This document shows, piece by piece, positions 47,644-58,681 of a stretch of DNA of 64,000 bases (position 1 is its first letter; each line of letters starts with the position of its first letter). This stretch comes from Nitrospirota bacterium (GTDB taxonomy: Bacteria; Nitrospirota; UBA9217). A model generated the notes under the pieces. It made no database searches and had not been told where the DNA came from. It was given only the letters and a program-made list of their open reading frames with translations. Made by a program: the position numbers and the translations under genes. Location: NCBI GenBank assembly GCA_963818475.1, contig CAWFSF010000001.1, positions 32,001-96,000 on the forward strand, in the 5' to 3' direction.

Positions 47644-49073
47644 ATGCCAAAAATAATCATCATAGGCGGCGGCATCGCCGGTCTGGCGGCTGCGGTCCAC
47701 TTGAAGGCCGGGGCCAAGGCCTACGACAAGACCGTCGAGGTGCTGCTGCTCGAGAAGAACAACAGGATCGGCGGCAAGATCCTGACCGAAAAGATCGGCA
47801 ACTACCTCGTCGAAGGCGGGCCCGACAGCTTCCTGCCGGAAAAGGTCTGGAGCGTCAACCTTGCGCAGGCACCTCGGCCTGGAACCGGAGATGCTGCCGT
47901 CGAACGACGAGTTCAAGGGGACCTTCATCTATTCTCGGAATAAGCTCCACTCCCTGCCCGAAGGCGTGATGCTCATGGTGCCGACCATGTTCATGCCCAT
48001 GGCGAAATCGAGCCTCATCTCCTGGCCCGGCAAGATGCGCATGGGCATGGAGATCTTCATGCCGAAGCGCAGGAACACGGATGACGAAAGCCTGGCGTCC
48101 TTTGTCACGCGCCGCCTCGGACGGGAATGCCTGGAGAAGATCGCCGAGCCCCTCGTTGCCGGCATCCACACGTCGAACCCCGACAACATGAGCGTGCTCG
48201 CCACGTTCCCGCGCTTTGTCCAGATGGAGCAGAAGAGCGGCAGCCTGATCCACGGCATGATCGCCGCCATGAAGAGCCGTCCCCACGCAACGCTCAGCGG
48301 CCCTCCTCCCAAACCGGGCTCGACGAAGATGACCTATTTCATGAGCTTCAAGAACGGCATGCAGACCCTGTCGCAGGCATGCGCCGAATACATCGGCAGG
48401 GACTCGATCAGGCTCGGGCGCCGGGGTCAAGGCTGTTGAACCGAAGGGAAAAGGCTATACCGTGGTCCTCGAGAACGGCGAGAAGCTCTGGATGCCGATT
48501 ATGTCATGATCGGCGCTGCTGCCTATGATGCTGCGGAAATGGTCAAGGGCTTTGATGCGGACCTTGCCGGGCAGATGAACAAGATCGAATGGTCGTCATC
48601 AGCCACGGTCACGGTCGCATTCAAAAAAGAGGACGTGAAGGTCCCGCTCAAAGGCTTCGGCTTCATCGTCCCCCGCGTCGAAGGCAGAAGGATCAATGCC
48701 TCCACCTACAGCTCCATCAAATGGTCGTACCGCGCACCGGACGATATGGTCACGCTCCGCGTTTTCGTCGGCGGCGGACATCACGAGGAGCTGGTCCATG
48801 AGCTTGATGATGCCGGGATGACCAGGATGGTGCTCGAAGAGCTCGACGTCATCCTCGGCATCAAGGCGAATGCGCAGTTCTCGAAGGTCTACCGGTGGAA
48901 CAAAGGCATGCCCAAGTACACCGTGGGCCACCTCGACCGGATCGCAGCTGCTCGACCGCGTGCTTGCGAAGCATGCCGGGCTGCACCTGATCGGCTGCTC
49001 CTACAAGGGCATCGGCATCGGCGACTGCGTGCACGAGGCACAGATCGCTGCGGAGAGGATACTGAAGAGCTGA
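47644..49073 (+). CDS. hemY: HemY-type protoporphyrinogen/coproporphyrinogen oxidase (indels)
   Basis: IIGGGIAGLAAA, RIGGKI, EGGPDSF, DESLASFVTRRLG, GFGFIVPR, MPKYTVGH, GCSYKGIGIGDCV. Confidence 0.92.
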
Positions 49074-49078
49074 CGCGC

Positions 49079-49471
49079 ATGAACCACTTCATGGAAGTAA
49101 AGATCTACTACGAGGACACGGACTGCGGGGGCGTCGTCTACTACGCCAACTACCTCAAGTACATGGAGCGTGCCCGGACTGAATACCTTGCCAGCCGCGG
49201 CTTCGCGGTCAAAAAACTGATGGACGAGGGCACGATCTTCATGGTGCTTCGCGCCGAGATCGACTACAAATCTCCTGCGCGGTACGGCGATACGATCGTG
49301 ATCGAAACCTGGGTGCGCGATGTGACCAGGGCGACCATGGTCTTCGAACACATCATGAAACACAAGGAAACAGGACGCGTGTTCGTGCAGTGCATGGCAA
49401 AAGCCGTGTTCGTGGACGCCAGCGCCAAACCGAAGCGCCTGTCTGCCGAGTTCGTGGAAAAAGTAAAGTGA
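49079..49471 (+). CDS. YbgC/FadM family acyl-CoA thioesterase
   Basis: KIYYEDTDCGGVVYYANYLKYMERARTE. Confidence 0.9.
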   Translation: MNHFMEVKIYYEDTDCGGVVYYANYLKYMERARTEYLASRGFAVKKLMDEGTIFMVLRAEIDYKSPARYGDTIVIETWVRDVTRATMVFEHIMKHKETGRVFVQCMAKAVFVDASAKPKRLSAEFVEKVK

Positions 49472-50200
49472 CTGCAGTGACCCGCGACAGCATCTCGCTT
49501 CGCAAAGCGGGCATCGTCTACATCACCCAGCAGAAAAAAGGCGTCCGGTTCACCCTGGACAGCCTCCTCCTCGCCGACTTTTGCCGCATCAAACCGCGCG
49601 ACCGGGTCCTTGAACCCGGGGCAGGGACCGGCATCATCTCCCTGCTGCTCGCCAGGAAATTCCCCCAAGCCCGCTTCGTTGCCGATGAGGTTGAGCCGGG
49701 GGCATACGAGCTCCTGCTCCGCAATATCGAAGACAACGGACTGAGTGAGAACATCATCCCTGTTGACCGCGATATCCGCGACCTGAGCAGCTCTATCTCG
49801 CCCCATGCCTTCGATGTCATCGTTGCCAATCCCCCCTATACAAAATCCGGCGCAGGCAGAACAAGCCCCTTTCCCGACCGTCACCTTGCGCGCCAGGGCC
49901 AGACCGCGCCGATCGACCGCATGGCTCGACCTCAAGGACCTGTTAAAGAACAAAGGCAGATACTTCCTCGTCTTCCCCGCGAGCCGGGCAGCGGAGCTCC
50001 TGGCCCTTCTGCGCATGCGGGACCTGGAGCCGAAGCGCCTCCGGTTCGTTCACCCCTACCTGCACAAGCCTGCATCGCTGGTCCTGGTCGAAGCAATGAA
50101 GTCTGCAGGCATTGGCCTTGACGTGCTGCCGCCGTTGATCGTTCACGAACACGGGGGGTATACGGAAGAAGTGAGGAATATCTATGGAACGAGCGTCTAA
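49468..50200 (+). CDS. tRNA1(Val) A37 N6-methyltransferase-like SAM methyltransferase (indel)
   Basis: RFTLDSLLLADF, EPGAGTGII, VANPPY, EPKRLRFVHP. Confidence 0.85.
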
Positions 50201-50214
50201 GGAGCCGGAAAGCC

Positions 50215-50320
50215 AATGCAAAATGCAAAGTGCAAATTTCAAATTGCAAGAATTGAAGTATAGCCTTAGTGTTTCGTTTTCTAAAATTTGCATTTTGCAT
50301 TTTGCATTTTGCACTTTGCA
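50215..50320. repeat. Heptamer-period inverted repeat (AATGCAA / TTTGCAT) between convergent genes
   Basis: aatgcaa aatgcaa agtgcaa atttcaa attgcaa ... tttgcat tttgcat tttgcat tttgcac tttgcag. Confidence 0.85.
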
Positions 50321-50336
50321 GTTTACGTCGCCAACT

Positions 50337-50813
50337 TCACGACGTTCTTTTCTTCTGCTGAAAATTCTTCTCAATGAGCCTGCGCAGGGCCGCACGCGTT
50401 TCCGCATCGTCCAGGTCCTTCACATACCCGTCGATCTGCTTCATTGTTTCGTCATCGAGCTGCACCGGAGCAGGCCGGTAGGCGGCCTCCTTCGTCTGCG
50501 GCAGTTCCACCTCGCCCAGTTTCAGGGTGATGTCCTTGATGGCGTCCCTGCCGAGCAGCTGGTTCACCTTTTCGATGATCTGCGGCTTCATGAGTGACAG
50601 CTGCTGCATCCAGGCAGGACTGTCTACGACCAGCGAAAGCTTGGTGCCGCGCACGGCGAGCGGCCGCGCATGGCGGGCAATGGCCGCTCCCACGGCCTTG
50701 TCCCACTTGCCGAATACCCGGTACTCGCTCAGTTTGCTGCCAAAGCCATAGGATCTGAGCAGTCCGTCGAGGGATGATGACAGTCTTGCGATCTTGCGTG
50801 ACATAATCCGCAT
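50337..50813 (-). CDS. DUF721 / DciA family protein
   Basis: WDKAVGAAIARHARP, LVVDSPAWMQQLSLMKPQIIEKVN. Confidence 0.85.
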   Translation of the reverse strand: MRIMSRKIARLSSSLDGLLRSYGFGSKLSEYRVFGKWDKAVGAAIARHARPLAVRGTKLSLVVDSPAWMQQLSLMKPQIIEKVNQLLGRDAIKDITLKLGEVELPQTKEAAYRPAPVQLDDETMKQIDGYVKDLDDAETRAALRRLIEKNFQQKKRTS

Positions 50814-50909
50814 AATAGCACACCAAGAGTCCTTTTGACAACAGCGGGTAAGACGGATATAATATTGAAATCATGAGTTGTGCGGGCACAATTGTGCAAA
50901 GGAGCTGAT

Positions 50910-51906
50910 ATGCCGGAATTACGAAAAGACCCGATCACCGGCCGATGGGTGATCATTTCATCGGAGCGGGGCAAACGTCCAGTGGAATTCCAGGACCAGC
51001 GCACCAAAAAACGGGGAGGGTTCTGTCCCTTTTGCGGCGGCAACGAGCGCACGACGCCGAACGAGACGCTTGCCTACCGCACCAACGGCCAGCCCAACGG
51101 GCCGGACTGGAGGCTCCGGGCCGTGCCGAACAAGTTCCCGGCGCTCCAGATCGAGGGGGGGCTGAACAAGCAGGGTGAAGGCATCTTTGACAAGATGAAC
51201 GGCATCGGCGCCCACGAAGTGATCATCGAAAGCCCGGACCATAATGCAACGCTGGCCACGCTGCCGCAGAAGGCCGTGGAAGAGGTTCTCTGGGCCTACC
51301 GCGACCGCATGGAGGACCTGAAAAAGGACACCCGGTTCCAGTACACCCTGATCTTCAAGAACGAGGGGCTGGCTGCCGGCGCCACGCTCGAACACTCCCA
51401 TTCGCAGCTCATCGCGCTGCCCATCGTCCCGATCCAGGTGCAGGAGGAGCTCGACGGATGCAGGCGGCATTACGACCTCAAGGAGCGCTGTATCTTCTGC
51501 GATATCATCAGGCAGGAAGTGCAGTCCGGCATACGCGTGGTGCTCGAGTCGCAGCGCTTCATCGCGCTTGCGCCCTATGCGCCGCGGTTCCCCTTCGAGA
51601 CCTGGATCATGCCCAAACAGCACCTCTCGTGCTATTCCTGCTCCACGAACGACGATTATCAGCGACCTGGCGGCGCTCCTGCAGGATGTGCTGCGGCGCA
51701 TCGACCGGGCATTGTCCTTTCCGCCCTACAATTACATCATCCACACCTCCCCCTTCAAGGAAGAGAACAACGACTACTACCACTGGCATATCGAGCTTAT
51801 GCCCAAGCTCAAGAACGTGGCGGGTTTCGAATGGGGATCGGGCTTCTACATCAATCCCACCCCTCCTGAGGAAGCGGCGAAGTTCCTGCGGGACATTAAA
51901 CTGTGA
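50910..51906 (+). CDS. galT: GalT-family nucleotidyltransferase (indel)
   Basis: [60 protein letters not shown]. Confidence 0.92.
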
Positions 51907-53350
51907 AAATCCTGTTCGCGGCATCCGAGGCGGCTCCCTTTGCCAAGACCGGCGGCCTCGCGGACGTCGCCGGAAGCCTCCCGCCCGCCCTGGCAGCGCT
52001 GGGACACGATGTCCGTGTCGTCATCCCTCGATACCGATGCGTTGACCGGGAACGGTTCAAGCTGCGCTCCGTTGCGGCCTTCTATGTGCCGGTCGGGGCA
52101 TGGAAGGAACGCTGCGAGATCCTCACGGGCAGGATGGACAGCCGCGTCAAGGCATACTTCGTTCAAAACGATCGTTACTTCGACCGCCCGGGGCTCTACG
52201 GCACTGCGCAGAGCGACTATGCGGACAATGCCGAGCGGTTCCTCTTTTTCTCACGGGCATCCCTGGAGCTTTGCCGCGCCCTGGATTTCACGCCGGACAT
52301 CGTCCACTGCAACGATTGGCAGACCGGATTCATGCCGCTCTATCTGGACCGGCTCTATCGGAGCGATGCCCGGTTCAGGCATACACGCTCAGTCTTTACG
52401 GTGCATAACCTGGGATATCAGGGGCTGTTCTGGCATTGGGACATGGGACTCACCGGCCTTGGCTGGGAGGAGTTCACGCCCGAGGGCGTCGAGTTCTTCG
52501 GGAAGATCAATTTTATGAAGGCCGGCCTTGTTGCCGCCGACCTGATCACGACCGTGAGCAAGACCTACAGCCGCGAGATCCAGACCGCCGGAGAACGGCC
52601 ACGGCCTGGACGGCGTGCTCGCAAAGCGAGCGACATGACCTTTTCGGCGTCGTGAACGGCATCGACTACCGGTTCTGGGACCCGGCGCATGATCGGGACA
52701 TTCCCCGGACATTCAGCGCGACCCGCCTTGCTGGCAAGACCTTCTGCCGGAAGGAGCTGAAGCGCACCCTTGGCCTTGCCCCCGGCGATGCCCCGCTCAT
52801 CGGCATGGTCACCCGCCTTGCGGCACAGAAGGGGCTGGACATCGTGGCTGACGCCCTGCCGGCGATCATGGCCTCGGGAGCGCAGCTGGTGGTGCTCGGC
52901 ACCGGCGATGAGACCTATCAAAAGCTGCTCACGGATGCAAGCAGGCGTTATCCCGACCGCATGCGCATTCTGCTCCAGTACGACGAAAAGCTTGCAAAGC
53001 AGATCTATGCCGGGTGCGACATGTTCCTCATGCCGTCTCACTACGAACCCTGCGGCCTGAGCCAGATGATCTCCCTGCGCTACGGCACGGTCCCCATCGT
53101 GCGGAAGACCGGCGGGCTGGCCGACACGGTGGAGGACTACCATCCGCGCTCCGGCCGTGGCACCGGATTCGTTTTCGACGAGTACTCGCCAGGCGCGCTT
53201 ATCCGCTGCTTGGACCGGGCGATCGCCGCCTATACCGACGTCGCTGCATGGCATCGCCTGATGCAGGCCGGCATGAAACAGGATTTTTCCTGGCAGCATT
53301 CGGCAAAGGAATATGAGTCGATCTACCGGAAGGCGATGAAAAGAAAATAG
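51903..53350 (+). CDS. glgA: Glycogen synthase (indels)
   Basis: SEAAPFAKTGGLADV, HCNDWQTG, TVHNLGYQG, RLAAQKG, PSHYEPCGLSQ, TGGLADTV. Confidence 0.95.
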
Positions 53351-53464
53351 GGTTCAGCGTACAGGGGTCAGGGTTCAGGTAAAAGAATACGAACATTTCT
53401 CCGGACCCCGCCTCTGGACTCTAACTCTGAACCCTGAACCCTGTACCCCGGACCCTGGACCCTG
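53349..53464. repeat. Heptamer-period inverted repeat (AGGGTTC / GAACCCT) starting in the glgA stop codon
   Basis: agggttc agcgtac aggggtc agggttc ... ctgaacc ctgaacc ctgtacc ccggacc ctggacc. Confidence 0.85.
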
Positions 53465-53470
53465 CCCCTT

Positions 53471-55870
53471 ATGGATACCGTAGAAAAAATAGAACTGAGC
53501 ATCCTGAGCGAGATCAGCAAGATCTCGAACTCCGGCGCCAACCTTTCGCAAAAGCTGCACCGCATCGTCGAAGTGGTAGCGCGGGGCATGGGCAGGGAAG
53601 GCGCTTCGGTCTTCCTCATCGACAGCTCCGGCAAGAACGTTACCCTTGCTGCAGCGATCGGCCTGAACCAGGAGACGGTCGGCAAGCTGAGCTTTCCGGT
53701 CGGCATGGGTATCGCCGGGTGGGTGGCCGAGCAGAAGGTGCCGCTCGCGCTGGAGGACCCCTATTCGGACCCGCGGTTCCAGTACGTCCCTGAATCAGGC
53801 ATTGGACAGTTCAAATCGCTGGTGGCCGCCCCGATCCAGGACGAAGACCGCTGTCTTGGCGTTATCTTCGTCCTGTCGTCCTCGGTCTGGAATGCAACGT
53901 CGTCCGATATCATGCTGCTCACAACCACGGCGAACCAGCTCAGCGGGGTCATCAGAAACGCCCAGCTCTTCCAGAGCATCCAGGAGCGCCTTTCCGAACT
54001 GTCCACCATCTACGAGATCGGCAAAGCGCTCACCTCCACGCTCGATGTAGACCAGCTCCTGTCGCTGATCGCCAAGAACAGCACCCAGGCGCTCCACGCA
54101 AAAAGCTGCGCCATCAGGCTGCTGAACCGGCCCGGGAAAAACGTTCTCTATACGACGCTCTCGTCAGGCCCTGCCGATAACGCGGTCAGGGATATGGATA
54201 CCCGGCTCGGAGATCTGGTGACCGCACAGATCCTTCGGGAGCGGAAACCGCTGCTCGTGAAGGACGTGACGCTGGAGCCCCTCTTCCACGACGTGGCCGG
54301 CCTGACTGTCGGATCTCTCATCGGCGTTCAGCTCATCTTTCACGATTCGGTGATCGGGACCATCACGCTCTACGACAAGCAGGAAGGCCAGCCGTTCGAC
54401 GATGACGACCTTCAGTTCCTGACGACAATCGCAAGCAGCGCTGCCGTGGCAGTCGAGAACGCGGTCATGTACGAGCGAATGGAGGATTATGCTACCGAGG
54501 CGCGGCGCCGCGCCGAGGAGCTCTCGATCCTCTACGACATCGGCACGGCCATGAGCACGACCCTGAACCTCGACCGCCTGCTCCGGATCATCATGACGGC
54601 GGCGACCATGGGCGGCAGCGGACTCGGCTTTAACCGGGCCATCCTGCTCCTGACCAACGAGCGTACGAACACGCTTCAGGGCATGATGGGAGTCGGCCCC
54701 ACCAGCTGGGAAGAGGCCGGGCGCGCATGGGGCGAGGTCGTCGGCAAGCATAAGAGCCTGCTGGAATGGATCCAGACCGGCGAGCTGTTCAACAATCGCG
54801 ATTCCGAGCTGAACACACTTGCGCGCGGCATCCGTGTCCAGCTGACACCCGGGGACAGCGTGCTGGCGCTCACGGTCTTGAACAAGCAGCCCTACAATAT
54901 CGTGGACGCGCCCACGAGCCACATCGTGAACAAGGAACTGCGGGAGCGGCTGAGGGTCCAGAGCTTCGCAACGGTCCCCCTGATCGCCAAGGACCGGGTC
55001 ATCGGCGTCATCTATGTGGACAACATGTTTAACGAGCGGCCGATCACGGACAACGATATCCGCTTCCTGACCATGTTCGCCCATCAGTCAGCTCTAGCCA
55101 TCGAGAATGCGATCATCCACTCGAACCTGGAAACGCTGAACAAGGATCTGCGCTCCATGCATGAACAGCTGGTCCAATCCGAGAAAATGGCCGCCCTCGG
55201 CGCAATGATGGCCGAGATCACCCACGAGATCAGGAATCCCCTGGTCTCGATCGGCGGTTTCACCCGCCGTCTGGCGAAGAAGATCCAGGACCCTGAGGAA
55301 AAAAAGTACATCGATATCATTATGAGCGAGGTGACGCGGCTTGAGGCGATCATCCATGATAACCTTTCTTACATCAAGGAAATGTCCCCTCATCTCAACG
55401 AAGTGGACCTGAACAACCTGGTCGGCGACACGCTGATGCTGTACGAGGACGAACTCGTCCAGCGCGGCATCAAGCTCGAAAGGACGCTCTCACCTTCGCA
55501 TCCGGTCCTCATGCTCGACGCACAGCAGATCAAACAGGCGCTCATCAATATCATCAAGAACGCCATTGAGGCAATGACGAGCGGCGGAGTGCTCAGTATT
55601 ACGACCAGCGACCTTCCTGAAACGCAAGAGGCCGCGCTTGAGATCAGCGACACCGGCCCGGGCATCCCGGAAAAGGTCCGGAATAACATCTTTAATCCAT
55701 ATTATACGACCAAAACGCTCGGCACGGGACTGGGACTGTCGATCACGAACAGGATCATCAAATCGCACCATGGACGGATCGAGGTCAGGAACCGGGAGAG
55801 CGGCGGCGCAGCGTTCACAATCCGGCTGCCGTACCGTCCGAACGAAGAGCTCCATCGCCAGCACGGATAA
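53471..55870 (+). CDS. Cytoplasmic 3xGAF sensor histidine kinase
   Basis: GIAGWVAE, AAVAVENA, SALAIENA, SEKMAALG..EITHEIRNPL, DTGPGI, GTGLGL. Confidence 0.93.
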   Translation: MDTVEKIELSILSEISKISNSGANLSQKLHRIVEVVARGMGREGASVFLIDSSGKNVTLAAAIGLNQETVGKLSFPVGMGIAGWVAEQKVPLALEDPYSDPRFQYVPESGIGQFKSLVAAPIQDEDRCLGVIFVLSSSVWNATSSDIMLLTTTANQLSGVIRNAQLFQSIQERLSELSTIYEIGKALTSTLDVDQLLSLIAKNSTQALHAKSCAIRLLNRPGKNVLYTTLSSGPADNAVRDMDTRLGDLVTAQILRERKPLLVKDVTLEPLFHDVAGLTVGSLIGVQLIFHDSVIGTITLYDKQEGQPFDDDDLQFLTTIASSAAVAVENAVMYERMEDYATEARRRAEELSILYDIGTAMSTTLNLDRLLRIIMTAATMGGSGLGFNRAILLLTNERTNTLQGMMGVGPTSWEEAGRAWGEVVGKHKSLLEWIQTGELFNNRDSELNTLARGIRVQLTPGDSVLALTVLNKQPYNIVDAPTSHIVNKELRERLRVQSFATVPLIAKDRVIGVIYVDNMFNERPITDNDIRFLTMFAHQSALAIENAIIHSNLETLNKDLRSMHEQLVQSEKMAALGAMMAEITHEIRNPLVSIGGFTRRLAKKIQDPEEKKYIDIIMSEVTRLEAIIHDNLSYIKEMSPHLNEVDLNNLVGDTLMLYEDELVQRGIKLERTLSPSHPVLMLDAQQIKQALINIIKNAIEAMTSGGVLSITTSDLPETQEAALEISDTGPGIPEKVRNNIFNPYYTTKTLGTGLGLSITNRIIKSHHGRIEVRNRESGGAAFTIRLPYRPNEELHRQHG

Positions 55871-55944
55871 CGCTTGGACGAAACACCGGCAGCAGCGGTA
55901 TACTAAGAAGGTCGGCAGTTATTCTTTCGACGGAGGAATGGTAC

Positions 55945-56295
55945 ATGAAAAAGATCCTGGTTGTCGATGATGAGGAAAATATCCGCATGCTGTATAAAGA
56001 GGAGCTCGAAGACCTCGGCTATGAGGTCACGGCCGTGGAGGACGGGTCGAAGGCGCTTGAGGCCATGAAGACCACGCGGTTCGACCTGGTCACCCTGGAC
56101 ATGCGCATGAAGGATGTGGACGGCATCGAGACGCTCCGCCGCATGAAGGAAATGGACAGCACCATCCCGGTCATCATCTCCACGGCCTACGAAGAATATA
56201 AACATGATTTCGGCAGCTGGTGCTCCGATGCCTATGTGGTCAAATCCGCCGACATGTCGTCGTTGCGCGATACCATCAAGAAGATCCTGGGATGA
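55945..56295 (+). CDS. Single-domain response regulator
   Basis: ILVVDDE, LDMRM, IPVIISTAY, AYVVKS. Confidence 0.93.
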   Translation: MKKILVVDDEENIRMLYKEELEDLGYEVTAVEDGSKALEAMKTTRFDLVTLDMRMKDVDGIETLRRMKEMDSTIPVIISTAYEEYKHDFGSWCSDAYVVKSADMSSLRDTIKKILG

Positions 56296-57581
56296 GCGAA
56301 CAGGTCGAGGTGGTCATCGAGAAGCTTGTCTACGGCGGCAGCGGGCTGGCCCGTCTCGCCGACGGACAGACGGTATTTGTCCCCGGCGTGCTGCCGGGAG
56401 AACGGGTCCGGGCGAACATCAGGAAAAAACGGAAAGGCGTGCTCGAGGCCGCGCTGGTCGAGGTCCTGACGCCCTCCCGCGACCGCATCGACCCGCCGTG
56501 CGCGGGCGAGCAGCAGTGTACCGGAGCCACCTGGCCGCATATCGCCTACCCCGCGCAGCTCAGACTGAAGGAGGAGATCCTGCTGGACAGCCTGAAGCGG
56601 ACCGGCGGCATGGCGCCGAAGCGGCCGCTTTCCATCCTCCCCTCCCCGCGCCCCGATCACTACCGGCTGCGCACCCAGTTCAATGTCCGCATGAAGGACC
56701 GGAAGCAGCGCATCGGGTTCTTCCGCCAGGGGTCCTATGACCTGATCGAGGTCACCGCACCGTTCCTCATCCATCCCCTCATCGACCGGGTGCTCACCCA
56801 GATGAGGACGATGGTGGAGCGGCTCCCCCTGCTGCAGGAGATCCATATCAACATCAGCCCGGCCAATGAGGCCCATCTCCTTCTGTTCTCGGCGCTGCAG
56901 TCCTATCCTTCCATGGACGGTTTTTTCAATGATCTCCACAAGGCCGTTCCCGAGGTCATCGGCATGACCGGATTCGCCGGCAGAAAAAAGGTCTTTTCCC
57001 TCGGAAAGAACCAGCTGACGCTCGATATGGAAGGAATAACGCTCAAGGCAACCGAGGGGAACTTCTACCAGGTGAACTGGGAGCAGAACCGGAACATGGT
57101 GCGCACGGTGCTGGACTTTGCTGCGGTCACGAGCAGCGACACCGTGCTGGACCTTTACTGCGGCATCGGCAATTTTTCCCTCCCGCTCGCACACCGGGCA
57201 AAGGGTGTCATCGGCATCGAATCGGGCTTCTCCGCCATCGAGGACGCGAAGGCGAATGCAGCGCTGAACCGTATCACGAACACCGAGTTCATCGCTGATG
57301 ATATGGACAAGGGACTGAAGACGCTGCTGGCACGCAAAATACGCGCTGACGTGATCATTCTCGATCCGCCCCGGGCCGGCGCCACGCTCAAGACCCTCGA
57401 ACGGGTCCTGGCGTTCGTGCCCAAAAAGATCATCTACGTCTCGTGCAACCCGTCAACCCTGGCACGGGACCTGAAGTTCTTTCACCTCTTCGGTTTCCGC
57501 CTTGACCGTCTCCAGCCCGTGGACATGTTCCCCTATACCTATCACATCGAATGCGTGGCAGAAATGGTGCGGGAGGAGTAG
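56292..57581 (+). CDS. rlmD: 23S rRNA (uracil-5)-methyltransferase RlmD/TrmA family
   Basis: TRAM domain IEKLVYGG, FYQVN, DLYCGIGNF, LDPPRAG, YVSCNPSTLARD, DMFPYTYHIE. Confidence 0.93.
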   Translation: MSEQVEVVIEKLVYGGSGLARLADGQTVFVPGVLPGERVRANIRKKRKGVLEAALVEVLTPSRDRIDPPCAGEQQCTGATWPHIAYPAQLRLKEEILLDSLKRTGGMAPKRPLSILPSPRPDHYRLRTQFNVRMKDRKQRIGFFRQGSYDLIEVTAPFLIHPLIDRVLTQMRTMVERLPLLQEIHINISPANEAHLLLFSALQSYPSMDGFFNDLHKAVPEVIGMTGFAGRKKVFSLGKNQLTLDMEGITLKATEGNFYQVNWEQNRNMVRTVLDFAAVTSSDTVLDLYCGIGNFSLPLAHRAKGVIGIESGFSAIEDAKANAALNRITNTEFIADDMDKGLKTLLARKIRADVIILDPPRAGATLKTLERVLAFVPKKIIYVSCNPSTLARDLKFFHLFGFRLDRLQPVDMFPYTYHIECVAEMVREE

Positions 57582-57660
57582 AAGCACCCTCCGGCTGGTC
57601 GCTGAAAAAGCGCACCGGAGGTGTCTCCTCCGGTGCTGGAGATATACGACCTTAGTAGTA

Positions 57661-57704
57661 TTGACCTTCCCGCTGCACTCTCCTACACTAATAGTAATAC
57701 TATT
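57661..57704 (+). promoter_or_regulatory. sigma70 promoter with an adjacent palindromic operator, upstream of the cytochrome genes
   Basis: TTGACC-17-TACACT then AATAGTA-A-TACTATT (57690-57704). Confidence 0.65.
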
Positions 57705-57837
57705 TTCCAAATCCATTCCTGAGCGGACTCTGTTGCGGGTCAGGCAACGGTGATACCGTGAAGGGGCACTCAATCCTGGCGCGCAGCAGTCCAGTGTCAT
57801 CCGCGGTTACGGTTGATCCATGCATAAGGGAGAACCG

Positions 57838-58641
57838 ATGAAAAAAATGCTCATGATAGGTTTGCTCATCCTCGCTGTTGCAGGGATCGCACTTGCACAA
57901 ACAGGCATGAAAAAAAAACGGCCGCTCCCCTATGATTACGGCAGGATCGTGCTGAATAATTTTTCGGAGAAAGCCTCGCTTTCGCCGGTGGTCTTCGATC
58001 ACTGGCTGCACCGGGCAAAATTCACCTGCAGGCTTTGCCATGTGGACCTGGCCTTTGCCATGAAAGAGGGCGCCACGGGTATCAAGGCGTCGGACAACAT
58101 GAGCGGATATTATTGTGGAGCCTGCCACGCGGAAAAGGCGATCGCCGGCACCAGGGTGTTCGGGTCCTGCTCGAATAAAAAGATGTCGCCTGATGAAGCC
58201 AGATCATGCGAGCGGTGCCACTCCTATGGAAAGGCTGTTCATCATGAGTACGACTTCAGCCGGTTCACCGCCGCTTTCCCCCGGGAGCGGTTAGGCAACG
58301 GCGTTAACTGGGAAAAGACGGAAGCCGACGGGTTGATACAGCCCATTGACTTCCTCGAGGGGATATCCATGAAGCGTCAATCCCTGACGGCCCAGAAGGA
58401 TTTTGCACTGAGTGCTAAAATGGAAAACATGCCGGACATCATGTTCTCTCATAAAAAACATACGGTCTGGAGCGGATGCGAGCTCTGCCACCCGGAGATC
58501 TTCCTGGGCGTGAAGAAGGGTGCGACAAAATACTCCATGCTGGAGATCTTCGAAGGCAGGTACTGCGGCGTGTGCCACGGCACCGTGGCATTCCCCCTGC
58601 TCGATTGCCAGCGGTGTCACACCAGGCCCGTGCAATCCTAG
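57838..58641 (+). CDS. Periplasmic hexaheme c-type cytochrome (two c7-type triheme domains)
   Basis: Signal peptide; CRLCH, CGACH, CERCH, CELCH, CGVCH, CQRCH; FDHWLH and FSHKKH distal His. Confidence 0.92.
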   Translation: MKKMLMIGLLILAVAGIALAQTGMKKKRPLPYDYGRIVLNNFSEKASLSPVVFDHWLHRAKFTCRLCHVDLAFAMKEGATGIKASDNMSGYYCGACHAEKAIAGTRVFGSCSNKKMSPDEARSCERCHSYGKAVHHEYDFSRFTAAFPRERLGNGVNWEKTEADGLIQPIDFLEGISMKRQSLTAQKDFALSAKMENMPDIMFSHKKHTVWSGCELCHPEIFLGVKKGATKYSMLEIFEGRYCGVCHGTVAFPLLDCQRCHTRPVQS

Positions 58642-58681
58642 AGCATCTCCGGTCTTCCCTGGACCTCAGGAAGGAATGCTG

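Noticed and set aside
50215-53464. CRISPR arrays at the short tandem repeats
   Set aside because: Units are 7-9 bp, contiguous and arranged as inverted arms; there are no 23-47-bp repeats with unique spacers and no cas genes.
57710-57820. Riboswitch (e.g. Moco-type) in the cytochrome leader
   Set aside because: Some local pairing is possible, but no recognisable consensus could be matched by eye.
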